Below, piece by piece: positions 10,758-21,123 of a DNA stretch of 21,123 nt (position 1 is its first letter; each line of letters begins with the position of its first letter). The notes beneath the pieces were generated by a model. The model was not told where the DNA came from and made no database searches. It saw nothing but the letters and a program-made list of their open reading frames with translations. The stretch covers positions 1 to 21,123 of the forward strand of contig CAXIUT010000261.1 of assembly GCA_964035545.1 (NCBI GenBank). Reading direction: 5' to 3'. A program made the position numbers and the translations under genes. Source of the stretch: Bugula neritina. Its lineage: Eukaryota; Animalia; Bryozoa.

Positions 10758-11534
10758 ATGTCAGGTTTTTCTACTCTCAAAACATACTACGAACAGCCAT
10801 ACGATCAATCCCTCAAAATCTTATCCTCCAAATAATCCCTCCTACCACTTCTCTAGAGCAGAGTACTAGTTACTTTCCTCAAACATCTTGAAACGCTTCC
10901 ATTATCTGCCCCTCTCTAATCAATAAAAACCCTCATCCTAACAATCCACCTTCTAAAACTCTCCCCAAAAACAATCAAAACAATCTTCCCCCACCCAAAT
11001 CTAAAAATAAAATAAAAAAAAGATAAAAACATAGACACAACCCTCACCCATCTACTCATAGACAAACTAACCCGATATCTGAATTATCTACTGGTTCAAC
11101 CTTAAAGTTAAACAACAAAAGAATAATAACTAGACATTCTAACAAAAGATATCAACCAATTTAAAAATATACAATATGCTAAAAATGAAATTATCATAGG
11201 ATATGCCTAATACGTATACTGGTACATAGAATAAACCATCTTTCAACTATGGATCAGAATCGCAAGACAAATACCTTAACTATCAGTGCTTTCAACTGAG
11301 ACTTTTATTGTTTTTTATCAACAATATTCTCTCTTTTGCACTTATAAACGAAAAATACCTATAATTAGACATAAATATCTAAAAACTGTAGTGCTGGATG
11401 CCCAAATCAACACCAAAATATAAAAAATGTATCGATCTATACAATAACCTCAAGAATGTGAGAGTATTTTAGGGTAAAATAAAGGTATGAGTAAGTTGTT
11501 GGATATGATGGAAGATATCGACGATGATTTTTGA
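10758..11534 (+). CDS. Hypothetical protein, 258 aa, possibly a divergent ANTH/ENTH-like helical domain
   Basis: Open from ATG10758 to TGA 11532-11534. IKTLILTIHLL and LTRYLNYLL loosely recall ANTH motifs; the domain call is weak. Confidence 0.7.
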
Positions 11535-11619
11535 CATTTATTATCAATATTTATTATCTATATTTATATCAAATTAACTGATAAATAAAAGATTAATACG
11601 AGAAAGATTACAAAAGAGA

Positions 11620-11970
11620 TCAAGATTGCTAGTGTAGATATCTGGCAACAGATTAATCCGATCGTAATCGTTTGTAGGGTTAGTCATTATCAGAATAGAT
11701 ATTTATCTACTGCATCTAGTTGAACTTTTTGACTTGTTTTCTGAATTTACAGCACATGAATATGACAATAGCAGTCAATAGGAGACAAATACCAGAACAG
11801 ACAAAAAGAGCAAGGAAAATTCCATTAAAATAAGATGTTAAAATGATGATGCCTAATCCAATATCAGTCATGAATGTAAGAACAGCTCCTAAAAATATTA
11901 TTTTGAAACAATGAGATTGACACAAGAGTTGTTTGATTGTTATTTTGCTGATGGGGTCGATTGGTTACAT
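11620..11970 (-). CDS. Small two-TM membrane protein, 116 aa
   Basis: MEPIDPISK..., two hydrophobic segments, juxtamembrane CCKFRK, TGA 11622-11620. Confidence 0.8.
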
Positions 11971-12671
11971 GAATCTTTGTTGAGAAATGTTTATCAAATC
12001 TATTAAAAAACTAATTGATAAGACTTGATTTATTTAATAAATATTGGAAATATCATTTAGATGATGCTCATGAATTGATTCAATTTTAATAAAATGGAAG
12101 AACATCTTTTATTTATGAGGAAAAATTATTTTAGAATATAAATCAGAATATCCTACTTTATCATTGATTTCAAATCTAATTTATATTGAATTTAAAGTCA
12201 AACCAATCGATATATAGATATTGTTCTTAAAAGTTTAAAATTTGAAGGGAATAATCTAATTTAGTAGTACTTATTGGACAATTATCTCGGGTTAATTTCA
12301 TAGCTTAATACTAAGACCTAATAATATTATGAATGGCCCATAATACATAAGATTCAATTGATTTTTCTTTGAGTTTTTATAGTACTACTTTAATACACTT
12401 TTTCTAGAACATTTTCCTCTTCATTAAACCTTCTACACTATCATAAAATTCAAAAAATGACTATTTCATTGATTATTTCCTGATAGTCCAACTACTTCAA
12501 CTTCCTATATTTCAAAATAGATGAGTCCATGCTCAAATTATCCTCCTCCATGGTCTACATCCATTTATCACCCTTCTTTTTGTTCTTTTGCAATATCAAA
12601 ATATATCATTTTAGGTCCCTTTAAGCCCAACTTATGCGTTGCACATCCTATAATAGTTAAATAATTGAAGC

Positions 12672-15600
12672 ATGGAAAGGTTCATAGAAAGAGATATTGC
12701 AGACAGAGACATCTAGTTTTCTGATCGCAATGAAGCTCTCAACCAAAACAAACACTAAGAAGACTACTAACCTTAGATAACTGAGCCCTGCCCTCATAAA
12801 GATCTATTCCGTTACTCAGATTTCTGGGACAAACTTCTGATGATTCTAGGAAGCATCTTCTCAGTAACCAACGGATTTTCTGTTATTTTCTACGCAAGAC
12901 CTCTCAAAGACCTCATCAACGCCTACCGACCAGATTACAACTACTAACAACAAGTCCAAAACATAGCCAACGCCTCGAAATCATTCGCTCTCAACGGAAT
13001 ACTCGTATTCATCAGTTGCGCATGCATGAATATCTGCTGGACTATTGCCAGTCAACGCCAACTGATCAAAATCAGAAAGCTTTACTATAAGTCACTGTTG
13101 CAACAAGAACTATCTTGGTATGATAAAAATAAACCCGAATAAATATGTAGTGATATGTACGTTCAAACCCAAAGAGCCCAAAACGCATTCGTATAAAGTG
13201 TCACAAGCATGCTAACCTGTCTAAGCATGTCTTTGGGTTCAATAGTTGTTTCCTTTATTTTAGGTTGGAGACTAGCAATAGTTTTGAACTCCTATGTACC
13301 AGTGATCGTTGTTTTGAACTACGCCAGATCAAGATACAACATCAAAGCCAAATCCAAAACCTCAGATCTTACCATGAAACTCAATGGAAGTGTATTCTAG
13401 GTTTTCTAGAATATAAAAACAGTCAAATATCTCAACGGATAGGATTACTAATAAGAAAGATATACAAAAAATTTGAATAAATACAGAGATATTAGTATAA
13501 GACTCAACAAGAAGATGTCTGTGATTTGGGCCATTACAGCCTTCGCATCCTATGCTGCTGTATTCGCCTTGGGATTTTGGTATGGAACCAAAATGGTTAT
13601 CTAAGGAGTTTATAATAGCAATACTGGTTAAATATATACCATTGGAGATGTCATTTCCATATTTTTTTGCATGTATATATCAGCAGTCAACTTTAATCCT
13701 CTCTCTGGACATTTCGCTAACCTCACAGGATGCAGGATAGCTCTAGCCAAAATCATACAAATAATCTAAAGAAGGCCGCGTAAATCTCAAGGATTCCAAA
13801 CCTGCATGACCAACATAGAATAAATATAATTCAAAAATATAACTTTCCACTACAACAAACCTCTATTCGCCAACTTCAACATGACAATCAGAAGAGGAAT
13901 CACAGCTCTAGTCGGCACCTCAGGAAACGGCAAAAGCACACTCTTAAATCTACTAATCAAATTTTACTAACCCTTCCACGGAGATATCATTCTATGCAAT
14001 GACAATGTAGAACAACTAGTTCGAGATATAGATTAGAATAGTCTCAGAGATAAAATTGGATATGTAGGACAGTAACCTGTTTTACTAGGAAGAACACTAA
14101 GAGAAATATTAGTCAGTACTGAAGGAGTAACCGATCAACGGATATGGGAAGTATTGGATATGTGTTGTATTGCCGATCTTATCAGATAGGTGCGATTAGA
14201 CACTCCGTATAACATGGTCAGTGGAGGTCAAAAACAAAGATTGGCCATTGCTAGAGCTATCCTCAGAAATCCCTAAGTTCTTATTCTTGATTAAGGAACT
14301 TCAGCTCTCGATAGCATCAACTAAAGACATGTACTGGCCAATATAAAACAACATTCTGGCATTCCTTTTATTATTATGATCGCACATAGAGCAGAAACTT
14401 TATCATAGGCCAACCAAGTCTTCAAAATAACAAAGGGAGAAGTATAAGAAGTCAGAAAGAGTTAATTTGAACGCGTGATGAAAGATATCGAAGAAAACTA
14501 AGCTGAAGAAATGATTGATGAGTAACAAAGAGCATTTGAGGAGATGTAGATCTAAAACGAAAGGATATCATAGAGAATAACCTAAAATTCATAGAGAGGT
14601 TCAAATAATGGATCATTATAGGAGTAAAAAGTTAAATTCAAATGGTCATATTTCTGGAAACTAATCGATATCAACAAAAGATACAAAAAGAAATACATAA
14701 TAGGTATCATCGCAGCTATCCTACTCGGTGCCATCTTCCCCAGCTTTTCATTGATACTCGCCACCCTCTGTAACCTAGGAGTACAAGTCTAGAGTACAAG
14801 CGATGCCAATTAAATAGAATAACTTACATCAAGAAGTCACGTCCTATCACTCTTCCTCTTCATTGTTGCTTTTTTGAATCTTATCATGATCATTGTCAAG
14901 GAATGGTCTTTCGTAGATATTGGAGAGAATCTTAGTGTGGTTCTTAAAAAAGCAGCATTCAAAACTACAGTCAACTTGCCTATGGCATAGATATAAAAAA
15001 GAGGAAAATCTTCATTGGTTCATCTGGTTAATACCAGTACTGATCATGCTAAAAATTTAGCATCTATCACCATATCGAGTTTCTTTGATGTTTCTGCCAC
15101 CATGGGAGTAGGTCTAACTATTGCCTTTGTACATTCCTGGCAGATAACAATAGTGGCATTTCTTTTGATACCTCTTGTTGTGGTTTCAGGTTTTATTCAA
15201 AACAAACTTCTTACGACTTTATCAGAAAATGCAGATAAAATATATAAACAAACTCACTAGATGGTTCTATAATCCATCATAAACAATCGCACAGTCGCAA
15301 GTCTCAACCTTCAAGAACGCTACATAAAAGAATACGACTTCAAACAAGATGAAGGCATGAAAATAACAAAAAAAAATTCAGTTTACTCCGGTCTAACCAT
15401 GGCAATCTCACAATGTTTAATGGCTTTTACTATATGTCTGATCTACTATATTGCTGCAGTGATATGTTAGAGTTATAACGTTAGTTTCGCTGATAGTTTT
15501 ATCGCTATCTATGCTATCATGTTTTCTGGCATTCAAGCAGGCACCAATATCTAATTTATCGGAGGCATGTCCAATGGATTTCTAAGAACAGCTCAATACT

Positions 15601-16496
15601 TTGATGTTGTAAAACAAAATAGCTAAACTTTAGATTATAACTATTCTAAAAGTAGTTCTCAATATCATAAATTTTAAGATTAGGAAGGATAATTCGGACC
15701 AAATGTATAAAGATTAATGAACAGCGGAGTCCTATAATTCAAAAACGTATACTTCAAATATCCAACCAGAAAATAATATTTATTCTAGAATCTATCTTTT
15801 ACGATCAAAGCTGGATAAAGAGTGGCTATTGTTGGTCAATCAGGTACAGGAAAAACATCAATTGCTGATTTATTGTTCAATATCTATACTCCATAGCAAG
15901 GAGAAATCACGCTTGATTATGTCAACACCAACTCTTATAGAAAAAAAGGTACTAATCCTAATATTGCCATCGTATCCCAGTAACCAGCACTATTCAATCG
16001 ATCAGTCAGTGATAACATCAGATATAACATGAATTGCTCTTCAGAAGATATTGAGGAAGCATCTGTTATATCATAGGCCCATGATTTCATCGAATAGGGT
16101 AACTTTGGCAGAGAAGAATAATAGGTAAATGAAAGAAGAAGTATTCATTCGAACAAATCATGGCATCGATTGTCAGGATCAAAAGGAAATCTCTTTTCTG
16201 GCGGACAAAAACAAAGAATCGCCATTGCTCGGGCTCTTGTTAGAAAACCTACACTTCTCGTTATGGATTAAGCCACATCAGCACTAGATAAATAATCAGA
16301 GTAAAAAGTGTTAGGCAATATGAAAAAAATGTAATGCAGTCAGTTAATTATTGCCCATAGATTATCAACTATCCGTAGTTGTGATCGAATAATCGTAATA
16401 AAAGATGGTAAATTAGCTGAAATGGGTACATACTAGGAGTTGATATAGTTGTAGGGATAGTTTAATCGTTTAGTTTCAGGAAAGAAGGAGAAATGA
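12672..16496 (+). CDS. Full-length ABCB (MDR/P-glycoprotein-type) transporter, 1274 aa
   Basis: TMD-NBD-TMD-NBD in one frame. [16 protein letters not shown]; Walker [10 protein letters not shown] and GQSGTGKTS; Q-loops VGQEP and VSQEP; signature SGGQKQR twice; Walker B LILDEGTSALD and LVMDEATSALD; AHR loops. Confidence 0.97.
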
Positions 16497-16626
16497 TTGT
16501 TTGTCATTGATTTAACTAGTAATAATCTATTATTTGTGATTGTTTTAAATAAATAGAGATTATCGTGATGATTATTAGTTTAAAAAATCAAATCTGGGAT
16601 AATATATATATTTTTTCATATTATTT

Positions 16627-17012
16627 ATGCACAAAACAGGCTCAACTTCATTTCTTCGATAAGTTCTTGATCACCTCGACGACTCCTCATCCCAGAACCA
16701 TCCACATTCTATTACATTCAGAGATAAGGATCATAAACTGATCAAATAGGAGGCATAAACCAAATACAAACGCTTCGTTTAGCTCGCCCATCAAGTACTT
16801 TAAACAATATTTAGAAAAGTCAACTTAGTAGAAAGATATTAGAATTGAAATAGACATTATGTGAGATAAATCCTGAGGCTTTGGAGGAGATGGAAAGAGA
16901 TTGTGATCGGAAAGTTGGAATAGATTAGGGAAGTAAATAAAAAGATAAAAGTAAAGGGATTAAAAAGAAAGATAAGAAAAAGAAAAAGAAAGAAAGATTG
17001 TTCTATGATTGA
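16627..17012 (+). CDS. Hypothetical protein, 121 aa, Lys-rich C-terminus
   Basis: ATG16627, 20-nt intron at 16795-16814, ends KKKDKKKKKKERLFYD-TGA. Confidence 0.75.
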
Positions 17013-17103
17013 TCTTTGAACTTGATGTTACTAATATTAATAGATATCATGGAAGATTAGGGACTATATAGTTGTCAGAATGGAGATAAATTAATGAGGC
17101 AGT

Positions 17104-17624
17104 ATGCGCGTATCTTTTACCTGTTATTTAGATTGATGATTTAGTAGATAAATTAGGTCGCTTTGAGAATGATGAATCCTTATGGGGTGATTCTCTAAAT
17201 AACAATCTATCAATATTATTAATTTTTGTAAGGTAAATATTTATTTAATTTGAAAAGATTCGAAAATTAGGCAAAGCTTAACTCACTTCTATAGCTCTAG
17301 GACAGACAGATAGCTATTAAAGATCAGATGATTAGGATATTTTATCAATCTTTCATCAGAGATTTTACTATACTTCTTTCCACCATCATGATCATCTTTT
17401 GATCAAAAATTTATAAGAAATAGAAAATAACATCTTGAACCTGATTGAAAATATCCTGACAGCAACAAAGATAAATATTTACTAATAAAAAAGAAATAAA
17501 TGATCATTTTAAGAAGAACTAAGATATCTACAGCCTACATAAAGTATTAACTAAAAAATATCTTTTAAGCCAAAAGAATAACTCAACTACTAATAGTTAC
17601 ATCAAAAAGAAAGCTTCTAAATGA
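17104..17624 (+). CDS. Hypothetical protein, exon structure uncertain
   Basis: ATG17104 (or 17049), probable 22-nt intron at 17110-17131 and a second intron ending near 17257. The last exon IRKLGKAE...LIKNLEEIENNILNLIENIL... is open to TGA 17622-17624. Confidence 0.45.
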
Positions 17625-17742
17625 TACTAAATCAATTATTCAGGTCAAGAAGGAGGTTTAATCTAGAATATTCCAGAAAGTTCATGATTACCATCCAATT
17701 TGTCTTTATTGTAGCATAATTTACATTATTATCAACACAAAC

Positions 17743-18966
17743 ATGGATTTCTTCAAATACTTCTTTATGGGCCTCATACCACCTCCCTCAGAAACAAACT
17801 AGCCTCCGCTCAGAGAAATCTAACTGACAACTATCGCTCCAGAAGATAAGATCAAAGATACCGAAAGATAATTATCAGGAGATGGAATAATGTCTGAAAC
17901 TATATTCAAAAAAGAATAAAAGAAATGTCATAAATCAAGTGTCAAGAAAATGGTTAAAGCTATAACATTGAAAATAGTTCAAATAAATAAGATATCCTAG
18001 AGAAATAGATCATAACTTCTTTGCTTTGGAGATCTGATAGGTATCATCAATAGAAAAGATAAAAAATAAAATTTTTACAAAAAAACATATGAAGTTACTA
18101 TCGGCCATAATAAAGAAATCAATTCTCTATAAGCTATAAGAGATGGAGCTTTGGATTCATTGATAATCTTTTGGAATGACAACTGTTAAGAATTTGAATT
18201 AGAGTAGCTTATAAAAAGCAAATCTAGACTAGTTTTTGTTATCTAGTCGATAAAAGAACTAAATCTATTCCTTTCGAAATATTAGAATGATATCATTAGC
18301 AACTATGGTGATCAACCTCTCTAAAACTGCATGGACAAATTATTTTTAAATATCAATTATGATAAAGATAGGTTTATCATTTAATTTTAAAACAAACAAA
18401 AATCATCATAAAAATTAACATAATTTCTAATAAATAAATATTCTACTTTCAATAGCATAAAAAAACAAGAACTACTTCTAAAATATATAACAATCTAGCA
18501 ATATAAGTAACTCAAATCAGCTCAACCATAGCTAATAATCAAAAAAATAACATAAATAAAAAATATAATCTTAAGATAAATCTAAGAACTAAAAAGAAAA
18601 TAAGAATTAATAAGAATAAATCTTATATTAGAATAATAGGCTAAAAAATAATGTTAAGAGGTGATTCAGCCCGTTCGCAAAAATAGTTCTTTTTAGGCAT
18701 AGCTATAAGCAGAATACTTCAAGAAGAGATAGAGTCAAAAATAGACCAGATAAAGTGGTAGCAAAGCTGTCTAAACTGAATAATTATACTATTTTTTGGA
18801 ACTTTATGATCATAGTAATTAAGATCTTTCTCCTAGTAAAAATCAATCAACCAATTCTTTCCATCGTTCGAAAAGGGTTCAGAGAATAGTGAGATCAAAA
18901 AGTTGGAACTCACTAGCTGAAGCCAAATAATAAGAAATCGATGAGGAATTGTTCAACAAGTATTGA
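17743..18966 (+). CDS. Hypothetical protein, 407 aa
   Basis: MDFFKYFFMGLIPPPSE..., a single TGA-free frame to TGA 18964-18966, with a coiled-coil-like C-terminal half. Confidence 0.8.
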
Positions 18967-19042
18967 TATTTATTAATTATGTGTCATTTCTTCTTTAATA
19001 TTAAATCAATAAGACTAAAATCTAAATTATAAAGGCGATCGA

Positions 19043-20770
19043 TCATATTTGAGGTACAACTTGGAACACCTAGAAATCTATAATTCTGCATTGCTTTCCC
19101 TCCTTCACTCCTGTCAAAAATTTCCAACTTTCCTGGCAAGACTCAAACTGATTTTTCCAATTATAACTATTGGGGAAGTTAGTTATGCACTGAAGTGTCT
19201 TGTTTGTTTAGAAGATCTCAAGGTCTCTTAGGTTAAATAATGCTCCAAAGATGGGTCCCATATCATAATCATAGTCAATAGCACTTTTTCCATTTCTGAT
19301 ATGTTCCAATTTCTCTTTGAGATCGATAGCCAGCAAGAAGGTATTGTTTGTATTATCATGTCCATGTTTTTTAGCTTTCAAAGGAGTAAAAGCTCCTATA
19401 AGTTTGTGGTGTTAGGTTTTTATAATAGTCAATGTATTTTCAAAGGAATCGCAGACTTGATGATAATGATTCAAATTGAAGTCGTTTTACGAGGCACGAT
19501 AAATAAATTTTATTTATTTTGGAAAATTTAGACTTTCAAGAATGAAATCTGTTGAAGATTTATTCATTACCAGTTTAGATTATAATTTTGTTAGCTAATA
19601 TTGGTTAAATGGTTTTAATGCATCCTGGTAGCTACTTCTTAACCTGTTTTTTATCATTAACTTGCTTTATTTTAATTTATTCAGTATTTTTTCTTCCCTT
19701 AAATTGTTAATTTTCCTTTAATTTGAAAAGTTTTGCATCAAATCAAATAACTAACTACCAGATAGTTTCACATCTTTCTTCTCTTATTTTTTAAAGCTCA
19801 ACTTTTCTGATGATATCCCTTGATAACATAGATATTTCTTCAACATATTTCTACTATTTTAAACCTACTCTTTAACTTTTTCACCCATCAAATAGATTTT
19901 CTTAGCTATTTCTTTCTGTCTCTTTAAATTTTAGTTCACAGCTTCAACAAATTTAGATAAACCAAATTTCATAAAGCACAGTTTATGATTCTATGAACAC
20001 TTTTTACACTTTTATGATGAACAAATATAAGATTAACTTTTACAATCTTTTTATGCACAAACCATAGAAACCTACTCCCCTCCAGGACACATACCAGATC
20101 CTATGTTGAATTCACATTATTTGAAAAATTAATTAAATTTTTCATTGTTTTGTAGCTCTTAAATTTAAGAAGAGTTTTAATTTACAACTAGATTTTATTT
20201 TATTTAGTTGGTTTTTTCTTAAGGATATAATTTTTTATTTATTGACATTTCATATTATTTTCTTTCAAGATTATGTCTACAACTTGCCATCACATTAGTT
20301 CTTTTAAAAGGTTTGTATTAAAAGAAATTTTTGAATTTTTAATGCCTTATTTTCTAAAATTAATCATATCCAAATTGAAAATATTTCTTAACCTCCGCTA
20401 AACTTTTACATTCTTTCTTCGACTTATATTTTGTAACTGTTGATTTCTTTTAATCCTCCTTCAGTTTAAAATCATAAACTTATTCTTTAGAGAAGAGTTT
20501 CATTTTTTAATCATTGCTCGAAATCTCATTCTCAGTAATTTAATCAAGTGGACCACATTCCTCCTTCTTTTCCTAACTCATTCTTTCTATCTCACTAGAT
20601 TCTTCACTTTCTTTGTTTTCTTTCATTTCATGTTACACATCAATATGTTCCATCACCAGATCAGAGTCCAAGTTCTCAGGAATTTCAGAATCAGCTGACC
20701 CTCCTTCACAAATGATCTATTCAATAGTCTAACTATCCTCTTCTTCCTTGTTCATGCATTTTGCTTCCAT
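19043..20770 (-). CDS. TLDc-domain protein with a B-box-like Cys/His cluster (~575 aa)
   Basis: IYRASENDFNLNHYHQVCDSFENTLTIIKT..LIGAFTP, GPIFG and terminal DFEVFQV match TLDc. Cys cluster CPGGEEVSMVCAEKDCKSESYICSSEKCKKCSENHKLC. May start at ATG20826 via an intron. Confidence 0.88.
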
Positions 20771-21030
20771 CAACCCAACCTTCAAACGAATAACGAATAA
20801 CTGATAAATCAAACGAAAATATCCATTTTTATATAGTTAGAAAAATAATGATTTTTAAGTTATTTGGTTCAATTCTGGTCAATGACTTATTTTTAAATTA
20901 TCAATCAATTCACAAATGAAAAAAATCAAAAAATGTAACAGCACATAAAATCAAAAGATAATTTGATCATAATTAGTAATAAATCATATTTTGACAAAAA
21001 AAAACAAAATGATAATATTATAATCTACCA

Positions 21031-21123
21031 GGGGTTGGGGTTGGGGTTGGGGTTGGGGTTGGGGTTGGGGTTGGGGTTGGGGTTGGGGTTGGGGTTGGGG
21101 TTGGGGTTGGGGTTGGGGTTGGG
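21031..21123 (-). repeat. Right telomere (TTGGGG)n, 93 nt
   Basis: Perfect (GGGGTT)15GGG at the end of the window. Confidence 0.98.

Noticed and set aside
12350-12650. Possible small minus-strand gene (METMEEDNLSMDSSILKYRKLKELDYQEIINEI...)
   Set aside because: Coding-like, but the start and splice model could not be fixed; not supported well enough to call.
14289-16271. Catalytically dead ABC transporter with DQ in both Walker B motifs
   Set aside because: Artefact of assuming table 6; TAA sits at Glu positions throughout the window.

Overview
AT-rich ciliate macronuclear DNA with (CCCCAA)n/(TTGGGG)n telomeres at both ends and two internal C4A2 tracts (5099-5179, 10473-10559). It is best read as three joined pieces: 1-5098, 5099-10472 (ends inside a gene) and a complete telomere-to-telomere minichromosome of 10,651 bp (10473-21123). 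Conserved motifs show that TAA and TAG encode Glu and TGA is the stop (peritrich-type code, NCBI table 30), so the supplied standard-code ORF track is mostly fragments and antisense shadows. Introns are tiny (mostly 20-24 nt, GTA...AG). Genes recovered by hand translation: a Cys-rich secreted protein, a plasmepsin V-like aspartic protease, two head-to-head PQ-loop paralogs, a 5'-truncated coiled-coil protein, a full-length ABCB transporter, a TLDc protein and several hypotheticals. The most unusual feature is a putative secreted-protein gene at 634-1175 with 13 tandem intron-like units separated by micro-exons as short as 1 nt. All assignments come from reading the sequence; no searches were run.
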